The translations under genes were made by a program, and so were the position numbers. From positions 1 through 64,000 of IMG/VR virus record IMGVR_UViG_3300027859_000009: a stretch of DNA of 64,000 nucleotides. One strand, written 5' to 3'. The notes beneath the pieces were generated by a model. The model saw only the letters and a list, made by a program, of their open reading frames with translations. It made no database searches and was not told the DNA's origin. The DNA is from a virus. Below, in pieces: positions 49,270-58,488 of the stretch (its first letter is position 1; the number at the start of each line of letters is the position of its first letter).

Positions 49270-49516
49270 GGCTAAATTCTATCTGGGTTTTCATTTGCAT
49301 CTCCAGCCTAGTGAAATTGATGCACTCGACTTTTATGAGTATCAGTATTATATACAAAATCTTACTGAGCATCTTAAAAAGCAAAATAAAGAAGAGGCTG
49401 AACAAAATGAACAGATGCAAGAGCAATATGGTACAAAAGCACCAAAAACACCAAAAATGAGTGATTATGGGGTAAATATGCCTAAAATTCCAAGTATGAA
49501 AATGCCTAAGTTTTAG
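49175..49516 (+). CDS. gp51-like chaperone C-terminal ORF (+1 frame, no ATG start; possible frameshift product)
   Basis: LESFFK..F.L..H....PSEID.L..YE..YY resembles gp51. The 5' boundary is uncertain. Confidence 0.6.
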   Translation: MLTGRTFRSLSISQVESKAFSLFQISLESFFKAKFYLGFHLHLQPSEIDALDFYEYQYYIQNLTEHLKKQNKEEAEQNEQMQEQYGTKAPKTPKMSDYGVNMPKIPSMKMPKF

Positions 49517-49544
49517 AGATATATAATAAAAATACTTAAGTTAG

Positions 49545-52500
49545 TTGGCAAGACCATTTTCATCCCCGTTTGAAAAATTATCAGTAGATAATCAGAAAGT
49601 TTTAATCGAACAGCTCTCCCCAGGAGGAGAGCTGTTTAGTTTGTTTGAAGAAATTTTAAATCAACTTCAAAGTACTGACGATCGCCAGCAAAAAGACGAA
49701 GCAAAAACAAAAGTAAGTTTATTTTCTGGTTTAACAATTAAAGAAGCATTAGCATGGAAACTGCTAGGAGAAAAAGGTCTTCAATCTATAGGTAAAGGTT
49801 TAGGAGCGATAGCTGAAGTTATTGACAAAATGACCACTGCCGGTAAAGAAGTTAAAGAAAGAATAGAAGGTATAGCGATGGGTATCGAAACGGTATTTGG
49901 CATTGCTCCTAAAATTCTTAAGTTTGCATTTACCATGGTGCTAGCTCTTCCACTTTTAATGCTTGCCGTAGTAGCAGTGCCTTTTATAGGGCTATTGCTA
50001 TTAGGTACTTTAGCAATAATGGGTATTTTAAGTAAAGTTGCAGAGAAACAAAAAGGAATGTATGAGAGTCTAGCTCTTTTAGGAGATGTAGGCGCTGCAA
50101 TATTAAAATTTGGAGGTTATTTAGCACTTTCTGCACTGGTATATCCAATAGCGTTACTTGGTATGATAGTAGTTATACCTACGTTGCTAATAATGTTAGC
50201 TGCGTTAACACTTATAGGACGTTTAGTAGACCCTAAATCTATGGAAAAATATAAAGGTTTAGAAGAAGTAGGTAAAGCAATACTTTTATTCGGTGGATAT
50301 TTAGCACTCTCTTTATTAATATATCCATTTGCTATATTAGCAACACCTATGGTTCTCGGAGTAATAGTTGGTTTTGCTGTAGTATTTGCTCTTTTAGATA
50401 GATTTGGTTTTGTAAAATCTGTAAATAAAGCTGGAAAAGCACTTAAACAAGTAGGAATAGCAATATTAGTATTAGGTGCCGCTTTATTTATTTTTGGACT
50501 TATTTTTCCACCTACCGTAGAAACATTTCAAACTTTAGGTTTTGTAATGTTAGTACTTGTAGGTATTTCTGCCGCTATGTGGTTAGTCGGTAAAATGTAT
50601 AAAAAAATGAGAAAAGGTGCAATAGGACTTGCCTTAACAGGTCTTGCTATTCTAGTATTAGGATATGCCCTTAAGAAATTTGAAGAATCTTTGCCTGCCA
50701 ATCCATGGGAATTCTTTGCTGAATTAGGAGTTGCACTTGTAGGTTTAGGTGTAATAATGTATGGTTATGGTTCACAATGGAAAAGTATAGCAAAAGGTGC
50801 ATTAGTACTTGCCGGATCTGGATTAGCCCTTGCACTTATGGGATATGGTATTTCAGAAATAGGAGAAGCTTTAAATAGTACAGGAGATGCTTGGATGTTT
50901 ATGGCTGAACTTGGAGTATTTCTTGTTGGTATGGGAGTTATGGCAGCAGGTTGGGGTGCAGCAGTAATGTTGATAGGTCCGGGTCTTTTAGCAATGGGTG
51001 GTGCAGGAGTTGCATTAAAATCAGTATCATGGGGTCTAGAAGGATTTATACCTATATTTAAAGGTTCAGAATGGAAATCTATGGTAGGCGAACATCATAA
51101 ATCTAAAGGTATTTTAGGAATGGGTGGTGGATCTGTATCTAATTTTCAAGCTCTAATGGAAGCTGTAGGTTATAGCTTTATTTGGAACCCTGTTTCGGTT
51201 GCCGGTATTTTAGGAGGAGCAGCAGCTCTTGGTGCAGCAGGATTGGCATTAAAGCCTCTTGCTAAAGGTATTAATGATATGATTCCTATATTTAAAGGAA
51301 AAGGTTGGAAAGAAATGGTTGAAACTAAAGGAAACCCTAAAGCCGGAGGTATTTTAGGATTTGGTGCTACTGAACAAACAAATATTCAACTTTTAATAAG
51401 TTCTATAGCAAACTCCTTTAAATTAGGCTTTGGTGTTATTAATGTAGGTGCAGGTGCAGGTGCAATGGCAATTGTAGGAAAATCTTTAAGTAAATTAGCA
51501 GTAGGACTAAATGATTTTATGAAATATAAAATAAGTAAAACTATTGCAAAGAATATTGCTTCTATGGTTGATGCAGTCGCCGGTACTTTTGGTGAGATAG
51601 GAAAAGAATATGGAGGTGCTGGCTTTTTTGGTTTGGGCGCAGGACCATTATATGATGGTATTGAAGCAACGATGGGAATGGGTGATGCTTTAACTAGCAT
51701 CGCAAAAGGTATGGCTGCTGTAGCAGAACTTAGATTTCCTACTTATGGAGACCCTAAAAACCCTGGTAAAATAACTGAATATATTACTTTAGATAAAGGT
51801 AAAATGAGAGACGTTTCAGCCAATGTTGCAGATATGGTTGATGCTCTTGCAAGTGCTTTTGGTGAAGTAGGAAAGAGATATCCTAATAAGCCTGCATCTG
51901 GTTTATGGGGCTTTTTTGGAGGAACAGAGAATCCTGTAAAAACAGGTCTATCTTCAGTTAGTGGTATGGGAAGTGCATTAGGAGGAATTGCACAGGGAAT
52001 GCAAGATTTCTCAACTCTTAAATTTCATAAATATGATGACCCTACTAACCCTGAAAAAATAACAGCAACAATTGACTTAACCCAAGGAGACGTACTTAGT
52101 GAAGTTACTGCAAACATAGTTTCGATGATCGATTCTTTAGCAACAGGTTTTGCTCAAATAGGTATAAGATATCCAAAAGTAAAAAAGAAAGGTTGGTTCG
52201 GTATAACTTATTCTACTAATGGACCTGTTGGTGTAGGTATTGAACAATCTTCAGGTATGGGTGCTATTGTAGCGGCAATAGGTCAGGGAATGAGAGATTT
52301 TTCAGAAATGAAATTTCCGGTATATGATGGAACTAAAGTAGTAGAATACATTGATTTGACAAAAGGAAATGCCCTTAAAAAAGTTACAAGCAATATTACT
52401 GAAATGGTTCTATCTTTAGCTGGAGGTTTTGCTGAAGTTGCAAGAAGGTTCCCTAGAAAAAAATACAAAACTTGGTGGGGAGCTACCAGATATGCACCGG

Positions 52501-53897
52501 ACGGTACAGTAGGTGAAGGGGTAAAACAGGCATCAGGTATGGGTGGTGTAATATCAGAATTAGGTTCTGGTTTAAAAGACTTTTCTACACTTAAATTTCC
52601 AATTTACAAAGGTACTAAAGTAGTAGGATATACCACTCTTACTAGTCAGACTATGGGTAAGACGACTGACAATATCGTATATATGATAGAATCTCTCATG
52701 AATGGTTTTGCTAAGATAGGAGATAAATACGGTTCTTGGCCAGGTACTAGAAGTTCAGTACAACAAGGTGTACAAGCTGCGCAGGGCGCAGGATTTGAAG
52801 TTGCAATGTTGGCTATAGGTTTAAAGTCAATGGCTATGTTAAGATTCCCAATTTATAAAGGTAAGAGAATTGTAGGTTATGAATCTCTTACGGGAGATGG
52901 TATAGAAAAAGTAGCAAGAAATATTTATATGATGATATCCTCTCCTTTAGATGCTTTCGGTAGGATTGGTAAAAAATATGGTGGAGAAGTCGTTAGTTTT
53001 ATGGGAGTTAGAAGCGGAGATGGAGGAGACGTAGGTAAAGGTATTCTAGCCGCAAAAGAATTACCTAAAGGATTAGGAACAGTAATGGGTTCTATTTTGG
53101 GAGTAGTAAGTCATAAAAACTTTAAAGAAGTTGTAAAAGCAACACCTATAGTTTCTAAAATGGTTACTATGATAGGAGAATCATTTGAACCACTTGCTAA
53201 AGCAGGCCCTGATGGCATTATGGCTTCTGCAAATGCAGTTAAATATTATTTTGAGCAGTTTGCAACTATAGAAACTCCAATCAAAAATTGGTTAAAGTTA
53301 TCAGATAATTATAGAACTATGCAACTAACAAATAGATATTTTGCAGGTATCGCTCGCTCAACTAAAGAAATTGGAGAAACTCCAGTATTTGGTGCAATGA
53401 TGCTTTCTAGATTAACTAAAACCCTACAAGATAGAAAATTAATGAAAACTGCCTTAGCAATGACACATATTGCAAATGCTTATAAAAAAATACAGGTATC
53501 TTCTACTGAAATGGAAATTGAGGCTTTAGAAAAGTCAACAGAGATGTTTAAAGCACTTTCTTATCTTACTGAACAGGGAGGTGAAACTGCAATAGAGGCA
53601 TTAGGAGATAATTTAATTGAAGCTGTAAAAGAATTAGCATCAATGATAGCTAATTTTGAACAGACTGTTGGTGACGCTAAAGACCAGAATGCTGATGTTG
53701 CTGAAAAAATGGAAAATACAGGAAGCATATTTGATAGAGTAGCAGCAGTATTTTCAGATAATCCTGCAACACCAATAGGTCAGCCAACTCCTTCAGCTGA
53801 TCCTTCACCATCTTCATCTTCTGGAGATATGCAAGAGTTAATAGATATATTGACTAGTGGTGACGCAATAGTTCAAGTACAAAAGACTTTTGATTAA
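49545..53897 (+). CDS. Tape measure protein (TTG start)
   Basis: 1450 aa, Gly/Ala/hydrophobic-rich with internal repeats; follows the chaperones; GATATATA at 49518. Confidence 0.75.
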   Translation: MARPFSSPFEKLSVDNQKVLIEQLSPGGELFSLFEEILNQLQSTDDRQQKDEAKTKVSLFSGLTIKEALAWKLLGEKGLQSIGKGLGAIAEVIDKMTTAGKEVKERIEGIAMGIETVFGIAPKILKFAFTMVLALPLLMLAVVAVPFIGLLLLGTLAIMGILSKVAEKQKGMYESLALLGDVGAAILKFGGYLALSALVYPIALLGMIVVIPTLLIMLAALTLIGRLVDPKSMEKYKGLEEVGKAILLFGGYLALSLLIYPFAILATPMVLGVIVGFAVVFALLDRFGFVKSVNKAGKALKQVGIAILVLGAALFIFGLIFPPTVETFQTLGFVMLVLVGISAAMWLVGKMYKKMRKGAIGLALTGLAILVLGYALKKFEESLPANPWEFFAELGVALVGLGVIMYGYGSQWKSIAKGALVLAGSGLALALMGYGISEIGEALNSTGDAWMFMAELGVFLVGMGVMAAGWGAAVMLIGPGLLAMGGAGVALKSVSWGLEGFIPIFKGSEWKSMVGEHHKSKGILGMGGGSVSNFQALMEAVGYSFIWNPVSVAGILGGAAALGAAGLALKPLAKGINDMIPIFKGKGWKEMVETKGNPKAGGILGFGATEQTNIQLLISSIANSFKLGFGVINVGAGAGAMAIVGKSLSKLAVGLNDFMKYKISKTIAKNIASMVDAVAGTFGEIGKEYGGAGFFGLGAGPLYDGIEATMGMGDALTSIAKGMAAVAELRFPTYGDPKNPGKITEYITLDKGKMRDVSANVADMVDALASAFGEVGKRYPNKPASGLWGFFGGTENPVKTGLSSVSGMGSALGGIAQGMQDFSTLKFHKYDDPTNPEKITATIDLTQGDVLSEVTANIVSMIDSLATGFAQIGIRYPKVKKKGWFGITYSTNGPVGVGIEQSSGMGAIVAAIGQGMRDFSEMKFPVYDGTKVVEYIDLTKGNALKKVTSNITEMVLSLAGGFAEVARRFPRKKYKTWWGATRYAPDGTVGEGVKQASGMGGVISELGSGLKDFSTLKFPIYKGTKVVGYTTLTSQTMGKTTDNIVYMIESLMNGFAKIGDKYGSWPGTRSSVQQGVQAAQGAGFEVAMLAIGLKSMAMLRFPIYKGKRIVGYESLTGDGIEKVARNIYMMISSPLDAFGRIGKKYGGEVVSFMGVRSGDGGDVGKGILAAKELPKGLGTVMGSILGVVSHKNFKEVVKATPIVSKMVTMIGESFEPLAKAGPDGIMASANAVKYYFEQFATIETPIKNWLKLSDNYRTMQLTNRYFAGIARSTKEIGETPVFGAMMLSRLTKTLQDRKLMKTALAMTHIANAYKKIQVSSTEMEIEALEKSTEMFKALSYLTEQGGETAIEALGDNLIEAVKELASMIANFEQTVGDAKDQNADVAEKMENTGSIFDRVAAVFSDNPATPIGQPTPSADPSPSSSSGDMQELIDILTSGDAIVQVQKTFD

Positions 53898-53942
53898 ACT
53901 TTTTAATTTTATCTTATATAAAAATAAAATAAAATAAAAATT

Positions 53943-54182
53943 ATGCCAAAATTATCAGAAACTGTAAAATATAATTCAAGTACCATAAAATCTTCTCACT
54001 ATAATTTTAAAGATAAAAATTTAGAAGTAATGTTTAAATCCGGTTCTGTATATGAATATAAGAGCGTTCCGATTATAAACTATACTTTTTTTAGAGATGG
54101 TGTTTCAACTGGAAAATCTTTTAACGAATATATCAAAGATTTTGATTTTACTAAAATTTTTGAAGAAGCAAAAGTTGATTAA
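53943..54182 (+). CDS. KTSC-domain protein
   Basis: SS.I....Y......L.V.F.SG..Y.Y..VP.......S.GK.FN..I pattern. Confidence 0.85.
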   Translation: MPKLSETVKYNSSTIKSSHYNFKDKNLEVMFKSGSVYEYKSVPIINYTFFRDGVSTGKSFNEYIKDFDFTKIFEEAKVD

Positions 54183-54207
54183 TATATACTTAAAATAAAT
54201 ACAAACA

Positions 54208-54339
54208 ATGGCAAAATCAATATCATCTAAAGAAAAGGTACAAAAAACAAAAAGACCAGGAGTTCATTCTAAAAACAACACATCTAGGTCTAAAGAATCC
54301 AAAAACTATAAAAAGAAGTACAGAGGACAGGGCAAATAA
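54208..54339 (+). CDS. 43-aa highly basic protein ending YRGQGK
   Basis: Read manually; Lys/Ser/Arg-rich; AATATATA variant upstream. Confidence 0.7.
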   Translation: MAKSISSKEKVQKTKRPGVHSKNNTSRSKESKNYKKKYRGQGK

Positions 54340-54348
54340 CCCGGTTAC

Positions 54349-54450
54349 ATGGACTTACCTACTAAAATGGTCACATTAATAGCAGTTCTTGCATTTTTCA
54401 TGATAGGCTTTGCCTTAAACCACATTGACAAAAAGTGGCCAAATAAATAA
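54349..54450 (+). CDS. 33-aa single-TM micro-ORF
   Basis: Read manually (MDLPTKMVTLIAVLAFFMIGFAL...). Confidence 0.4.
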   Translation: MDLPTKMVTLIAVLAFFMIGFALNHIDKKWPNK

Positions 54451-54468
54451 AACTTTTTTAAAAAAAAG

Positions 54469-54518
54469 TCACTCCAGATTTTTTTATGTCGTTTATTATT
54501 GTTATATTTATACTATAA
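54469..54518 (+). promoter_or_regulatory. Early-promoter repeat, copy 4
   Basis: Same 50-bp element. Confidence 0.8.
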
Positions 54519-54534
54519 TTAATTAATCAAAACA

Positions 54535-54819
54535 ATGACAAAAATGACAAAAGTTAAAGTAGGAGACAAAGTTAGAAGTTTCGACTTCGATAGTCACGAA
54601 GTAAAAGGAAAAGATGCTTGTTACGTTGAAGGCGTAGTAGAAAGCATAGAAGGTCACCCGATGAGCGGTGACGGAGAATACGCTAAATTCAAAATCACTC
54701 TTAAAATCTTCGGTGGAGAAGAGAGAACAGAAGCTGTTGGAGAATATAACTGGGTTCCTCAAAATGGCCAAGAAACTTGGCTCGGAAAATTAACTAATCA
54801 CTTAACAATAATAGCATAA
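54535..54819 (+). CDS. Hypothetical early protein (SH3-like beta pattern)
   Basis: KVGDKVRSFDF...YVEGVV. Confidence 0.65.
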   Translation: MTKMTKVKVGDKVRSFDFDSHEVKGKDACYVEGVVESIEGHPMSGDGEYAKFKITLKIFGGEERTEAVGEYNWVPQNGQETWLGKLTNHLTIIA

Positions 54820-54820
54820 T

Positions 54821-55033
54821 ATGTCAAACTCAAAGAAAAAATCATTTCCAGTATTTACAATAATATTTCTAATATTTTTAACTTTAAAGCTTGCTGAAAT
54901 TGGACAAGTAGCAGCTTGGTCATGGTGGTGGGTAACCGCACCTTTATGGCTACCTCTTATAGTAGGATTATTCGTAATAGGATTAACAATCACAGTAGGT
55001 GTAATTATAGCCTACATAAATAGTAAATTATAA
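54821..55033 (+). CDS. Small membrane protein (WSWWWV.APLW family)
   Basis: LTLKL....WSWWWVTAPLW motif. Confidence 0.7.
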   Translation: MSNSKKKSFPVFTIIFLIFLTLKLAEIGQVAAWSWWWVTAPLWLPLIVGLFVIGLTITVGVIIAYINSKL

Positions 55034-55053
55034 ACCCTTAAAAACCAAAAATT

Positions 55054-55515
55054 ATGCCATGTTCAGATGCAGGAGCCTACGATTACTTAAACGACCACAG
55101 GACTCAAAGACAGTTAAATGAAAACGAAGCTCTTAGAAAAGAAGTTTTAAGACTTGAAAAACGATTAGAAGAATCTAAAACTGAAAAAGAATTAAAGCTT
55201 GAAGCAGAACTTCAAACTGCAAAAATAGCAGCTAAAGATTTCGCACAAAGATTAAATAAGACAACAGAGCTTTTATGTAATGCAACCTTTATATTATTCG
55301 AAGAAGGATATTTGCACGGAAATTCAAAACTTCAAGAGTGGTTTAACAATCATACCGAAGAAGACGCTAAAAGAATGAAAACCGATTTAGATAAAATAAT
55401 GAAACGTAAAAACGGTACTATTCAAAGCCTTATTAAATGGTACGAAACCCTAGATGCAAAAGAGCAATGGGTATTTGAAACTCATAAAAATTTCAAAGGA
55501 TATAAATTAAACTAA
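55054..55515 (+). CDS. Hypothetical protein
   Basis: MPC.D start; coiled coil. Confidence 0.65.
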   Translation: MPCSDAGAYDYLNDHRTQRQLNENEALRKEVLRLEKRLEESKTEKELKLEAELQTAKIAAKDFAQRLNKTTELLCNATFILFEEGYLHGNSKLQEWFNNHTEEDAKRMKTDLDKIMKRKNGTIQSLIKWYETLDAKEQWVFETHKNFKGYKLN

Positions 55516-55516
55516 A

Positions 55517-55717
55517 ATGGAAATAACATTAAACAGAAAACACACAATAGACCAGATAGAATGGGTAACAACTGAATTCGAATGGCCTGAAGTAATGAGA
55601 AAAGAATGGGTTTCTTTTTTAAGAAGTAAAAAAGTTCATGAATTAAAAGATTTAAAAAGTTTACCTATGGAAGAATTAAACGAAATATACGGAGAAGCAT
55701 ATTCTCTATTAACATAA
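55517..55717 (+). CDS. Hypothetical protein
   Basis: ORF track. Confidence 0.55.
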   Translation: MEITLNRKHTIDQIEWVTTEFEWPEVMRKEWVSFLRSKKVHELKDLKSLPMEELNEIYGEAYSLLT

Positions 55718-55730
55718 AAACAAAATAAAA

Positions 55731-55925
55731 ATGAAAAATATTTTAGAATACAAATTAAGTAGAATGGTACAACTGGTCGCTTTATTTAGTCTTCCAATAA
55801 TTATATACGGCGAATGGATCGAACCTTACAGCCTTGAAAACAACATTTGGATAGGAATTAATGGAGCAGTATGGTTACACTTTTTAGACCGAGCACGAAA
55901 TGGTCTACCATCTAAAAAAGTTTAA
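55731..55925 (+). CDS. Small membrane protein
   Basis: ORF track; hydrophobic. Confidence 0.5.
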   Translation: MKNILEYKLSRMVQLVALFSLPIIIYGEWIEPYSLENNIWIGINGAVWLHFLDRARNGLPSKKV

Positions 55926-55932
55926 AAATAAA

Positions 55933-55982
55933 TCACTCCAGATTTTTTTATGTCGTTTATTTTTATTATATTTAACTATAAT
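55933..55982 (+). promoter_or_regulatory. Early-promoter repeat, copy 5
   Basis: Same element upstream of the ligase. Confidence 0.8.
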
Positions 55983-56005
55983 TAATTAATCAAAACAATA
56001 ACAAT

Positions 56006-57310
56006 ATGCTAGATAGACTACAAGAATTCGTAGAGAGGAGTAACTCAACAAACTCAAACACTGATAAATTAGATGTCTTAAGAGACTACTCGACAGATCA
56101 GGAGGTACTAGGAGCTCTTAGGTATACTTATTCACCATTTAAACAATATCATGTTACTTCAAAAAATCTTAAAAAGAGAAGTGACCTGGTTAGTCCAATC
56201 GGAAACCAATACGGTAGTATATTTACCCTATTAGATACGTTAAATGATAGAATAATCACAGGACATGATGCTATTGCAGCCGTAAACAGATTTATTCTCG
56301 AGAACAGACAATATGAAGAACTCATCTATAATATTATAGATCGAAATCTTAAGACCCGTTCTACAGCTTCAATGATTAATAAAGTTGTACCCGGTCTCAT
56401 ACCAGGATTTGATGTTGCATTAGCCGCAACCTATGATGAGAAAACAAAAAAGAAAGTCGATCTTGATACTGATGATTGGTACCTTTCTAGAAAATTGGAC
56501 GGAGTCAGATGTTTAGCATTCTTCGACAACTTCGGAACTGTTACTTTTAAAAGTAGAAGTGGCAAACCATTTGATACACTTGGAAAAGTTGCTAAAGAAC
56601 TTGAAGAACTGAAACTTTACAACGTCGTGATGGATGGAGAGATTTGCATTGTTGATGAAAATGGTGATGAAGATTTTCAATCAATCATCAAAGAAATCAA
56701 AAGAAAAGACCACACTATCAAAAACCCATTATTTCAAATTTTTGATATGATATCGTTAGAAGACTTTGAGAATAAGACTTCAAGGGAAAAATTAAGTGAA
56801 AGACTTGATAATCTTGAAATGGTCTTCCATCACTTCGACCCTAAATACACCAAAGTACTTGAACAAGACCTCTTAACCAGTTGGGATATGTTTGAGTCTA
56901 AGATGGACCTAGCCGTTCAGAGTGGTTGGGAAGGTCTAATGCTACGAAAAGACGAGAAGTACAAAGGTAAAAGAAGTACAGATATCCTGAAGGTAAAGAA
57001 ATTCTATGATGAAGAATATATCGTCGTAGACGTAGAGAACTCCCCCAATCGTGTAATTGTTGATGGAGTCGAAGTAGAAGAGATGATGCTAAAGAACGTC
57101 ATCATAGAACACAAAGGCAATAGAGTACAGGTTGGAAGTGGTTTTACAATTGATGAAAGAAGAAACTATTTTGAAAACCCTAATAAAATATTAGGAAAGA
57201 CCATAACAGTGCAGTACTTTGAAGAGACTACAAATCAAAATGGCACCCATTCATTGAGGTTCCCAGTGATTAAAGCAGTCTACCAAAACGGAAGAGTTGA
57301 TTATGTATAA
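56006..57310 (+). CDS. ATP-dependent DNA ligase
   Basis: KLDGVR, DGEI, FDM, EGLMLR, KVK, VGSGF and SLRFP motifs. Confidence 0.95.
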   Translation: MLDRLQEFVERSNSTNSNTDKLDVLRDYSTDQEVLGALRYTYSPFKQYHVTSKNLKKRSDLVSPIGNQYGSIFTLLDTLNDRIITGHDAIAAVNRFILENRQYEELIYNIIDRNLKTRSTASMINKVVPGLIPGFDVALAATYDEKTKKKVDLDTDDWYLSRKLDGVRCLAFFDNFGTVTFKSRSGKPFDTLGKVAKELEELKLYNVVMDGEICIVDENGDEDFQSIIKEIKRKDHTIKNPLFQIFDMISLEDFENKTSREKLSERLDNLEMVFHHFDPKYTKVLEQDLLTSWDMFESKMDLAVQSGWEGLMLRKDEKYKGKRSTDILKVKKFYDEEYIVVDVENSPNRVIVDGVEVEEMMLKNVIIEHKGNRVQVGSGFTIDERRNYFENPNKILGKTITVQYFEETTNQNGTHSLRFPVIKAVYQNGRVDYV

Positions 57311-57322
57311 ACCAAAACTGAG

Positions 57323-57490
57323 ATGAGTAAAGAAGAAAGATTTGAGTTATGGGTAAATAAATTCAGAAATGAATTAACAGAAGGACAAATAGAAGTTCTA
57401 CAAGATAGTTTATCTAATTTCGAATGGCCAGATGAATATAAAGAATTGATACAAGATAGAATAGAAGAACTTAAACCAAAACAAAGATGA
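57323..57490 (+). CDS. Micro-ORF, 55 aa (MSKEERFELW...LKPKQR)
   Basis: Read manually. Confidence 0.6.
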   Translation: MSKEERFELWVNKFRNELTEGQIEVLQDSLSNFEWPDEYKELIQDRIEELKPKQR

Positions 57491-57666
57491 GTCCAAATAA
57501 AGATGAAAAGAAATACTGGAATAGAATTTATGGTTTTTTAGGTAATAGTATTTATGAAATCTATGATACTGAAACGGCAGAAAAGAGAAAACTAAAAGGA
57601 CAGAAAGTTTTTAAAGAGTTATTAGAACAGAGATTAAACCGAAAAAAAGATGAAAGTAATAATTAA
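57487..57666 (+). CDS. Micro-ORF, 59 aa (MSPNKDEKKYW...LNRKKDESNN)
   Basis: Read manually. Confidence 0.6.
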   Translation: MSPNKDEKKYWNRIYGFLGNSIYEIYDTETAEKRKLKGQKVFKELLEQRLNRKKDESNN

Positions 57667-57826
57667 ATACAATCCAGAATATAAGACTTCAGTAAAAGTA
57701 CATGAAGTTAAAGAAGAAGAAGATGCTTGGGATCTAATAGATGAAGCCAAGCAAAGTTTTGGTCAAGGAATTATATTGACTGACCAGGAGTTTGCGCAAT
57801 TAATAAACCAAAACAAAGATGAGTAA
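57650..57826 (+). CDS. Micro-ORF, 58 aa (MKVIIKYNP...INQNKDE)
   Basis: Read manually. Confidence 0.6.
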   Translation: MKVIIKYNPEYKTSVKVHEVKEEEDAWDLIDEAKQSFGQGIILTDQEFAQLINQNKDE

Positions 57827-57923
57827 AATTTGGAAATACATTTTTAAAAAGAGATATAATTTTTTAGATGTAGTCATGGTTGCTATTATTAGTCAAATCA
57901 TATATGAATACATTATAAAGTAA
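57819..57923 (+). CDS. Micro-ORF, 34 aa, single TM (MSKIWKYIF...)
   Basis: Read manually. Confidence 0.5.
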   Translation: MSKIWKYIFKKRYNFLDVVMVAIISQIIYEYIIK

Positions 57924-57935
57924 ACCAAATTAAAG

Positions 57936-58475
57936 ATGATTTGTAAAAAATGTAACGAAATTATTCCACAGGCTAGAGTAGATTTAGGTTACTCTGTTTG
58001 TGTTGAATGCTCAGAAGTAGAAAAGTATGGATGTGTTGATGTTGTACAGCATAAGACTGGAAATACAATCGAAGTACTTTCTAGAAAAGATGCAGAACAG
58101 GCAAACAAATTAACTCAAAGGACTGGGTTTGGAACTCTAAGAAGTTTAAGATCTGGCACCACTAAAAAAGAAAAACATGTTGGTGGTCAATGTTGTTCAA
58201 ATGCTTTTGTAGGAAACGAAAAAAGTTTTGAAGAAGTTGGAAAAGACTGTATGTTATGGGTAGAACTTGAAGATTGGAATAAAGTAACTTATACTCTTCA
58301 AAAAGCTCTAGATAAAAGAGAAATTTCAAAAAGTCAATGGCATCAACTAACCCGAATATTTAAAGAGTTCATGCCGAAAGAAGAAAACAAAATACAAAAA
58401 ACGATTATAAAATCAGTAGATGAAGAAATCAACCATGTATTTAAAAATTGGCGAAATTCAAAAATTTATAAATAA
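57936..58475 (+). CDS. Protein with N-terminal DksA/TraR-type C4 zinc finger
   Basis: CKKC...IP.AR......CVEC. Confidence 0.65.
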   Translation: MICKKCNEIIPQARVDLGYSVCVECSEVEKYGCVDVVQHKTGNTIEVLSRKDAEQANKLTQRTGFGTLRSLRSGTTKKEKHVGGQCCSNAFVGNEKSFEEVGKDCMLWVELEDWNKVTYTLQKALDKREISKSQWHQLTRIFKEFMPKEENKIQKTIIKSVDEEINHVFKNWRNSKIYK

Positions 58476-58488
58476 AAGTTAAAATAAA

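Larger units (their letters stand above)
57308..57938 (+). repeat. Five copies of an 18-nt junction repeat (TAAACCAAAACAAAGATG) delimiting four micro-ORFs
   Basis: Copies at 57308, 57472, 57635, 57804 and 57921; each ends in the ATG of the next ORF. Confidence 0.8.

Noticed and set aside
57308-57938. CRISPR array interpretation of the 18-nt repeats
   Set aside because: The repeats are short, degenerate and non-palindromic; the intervals are 99-151 nt of open reading frame; no cas genes are in the window.
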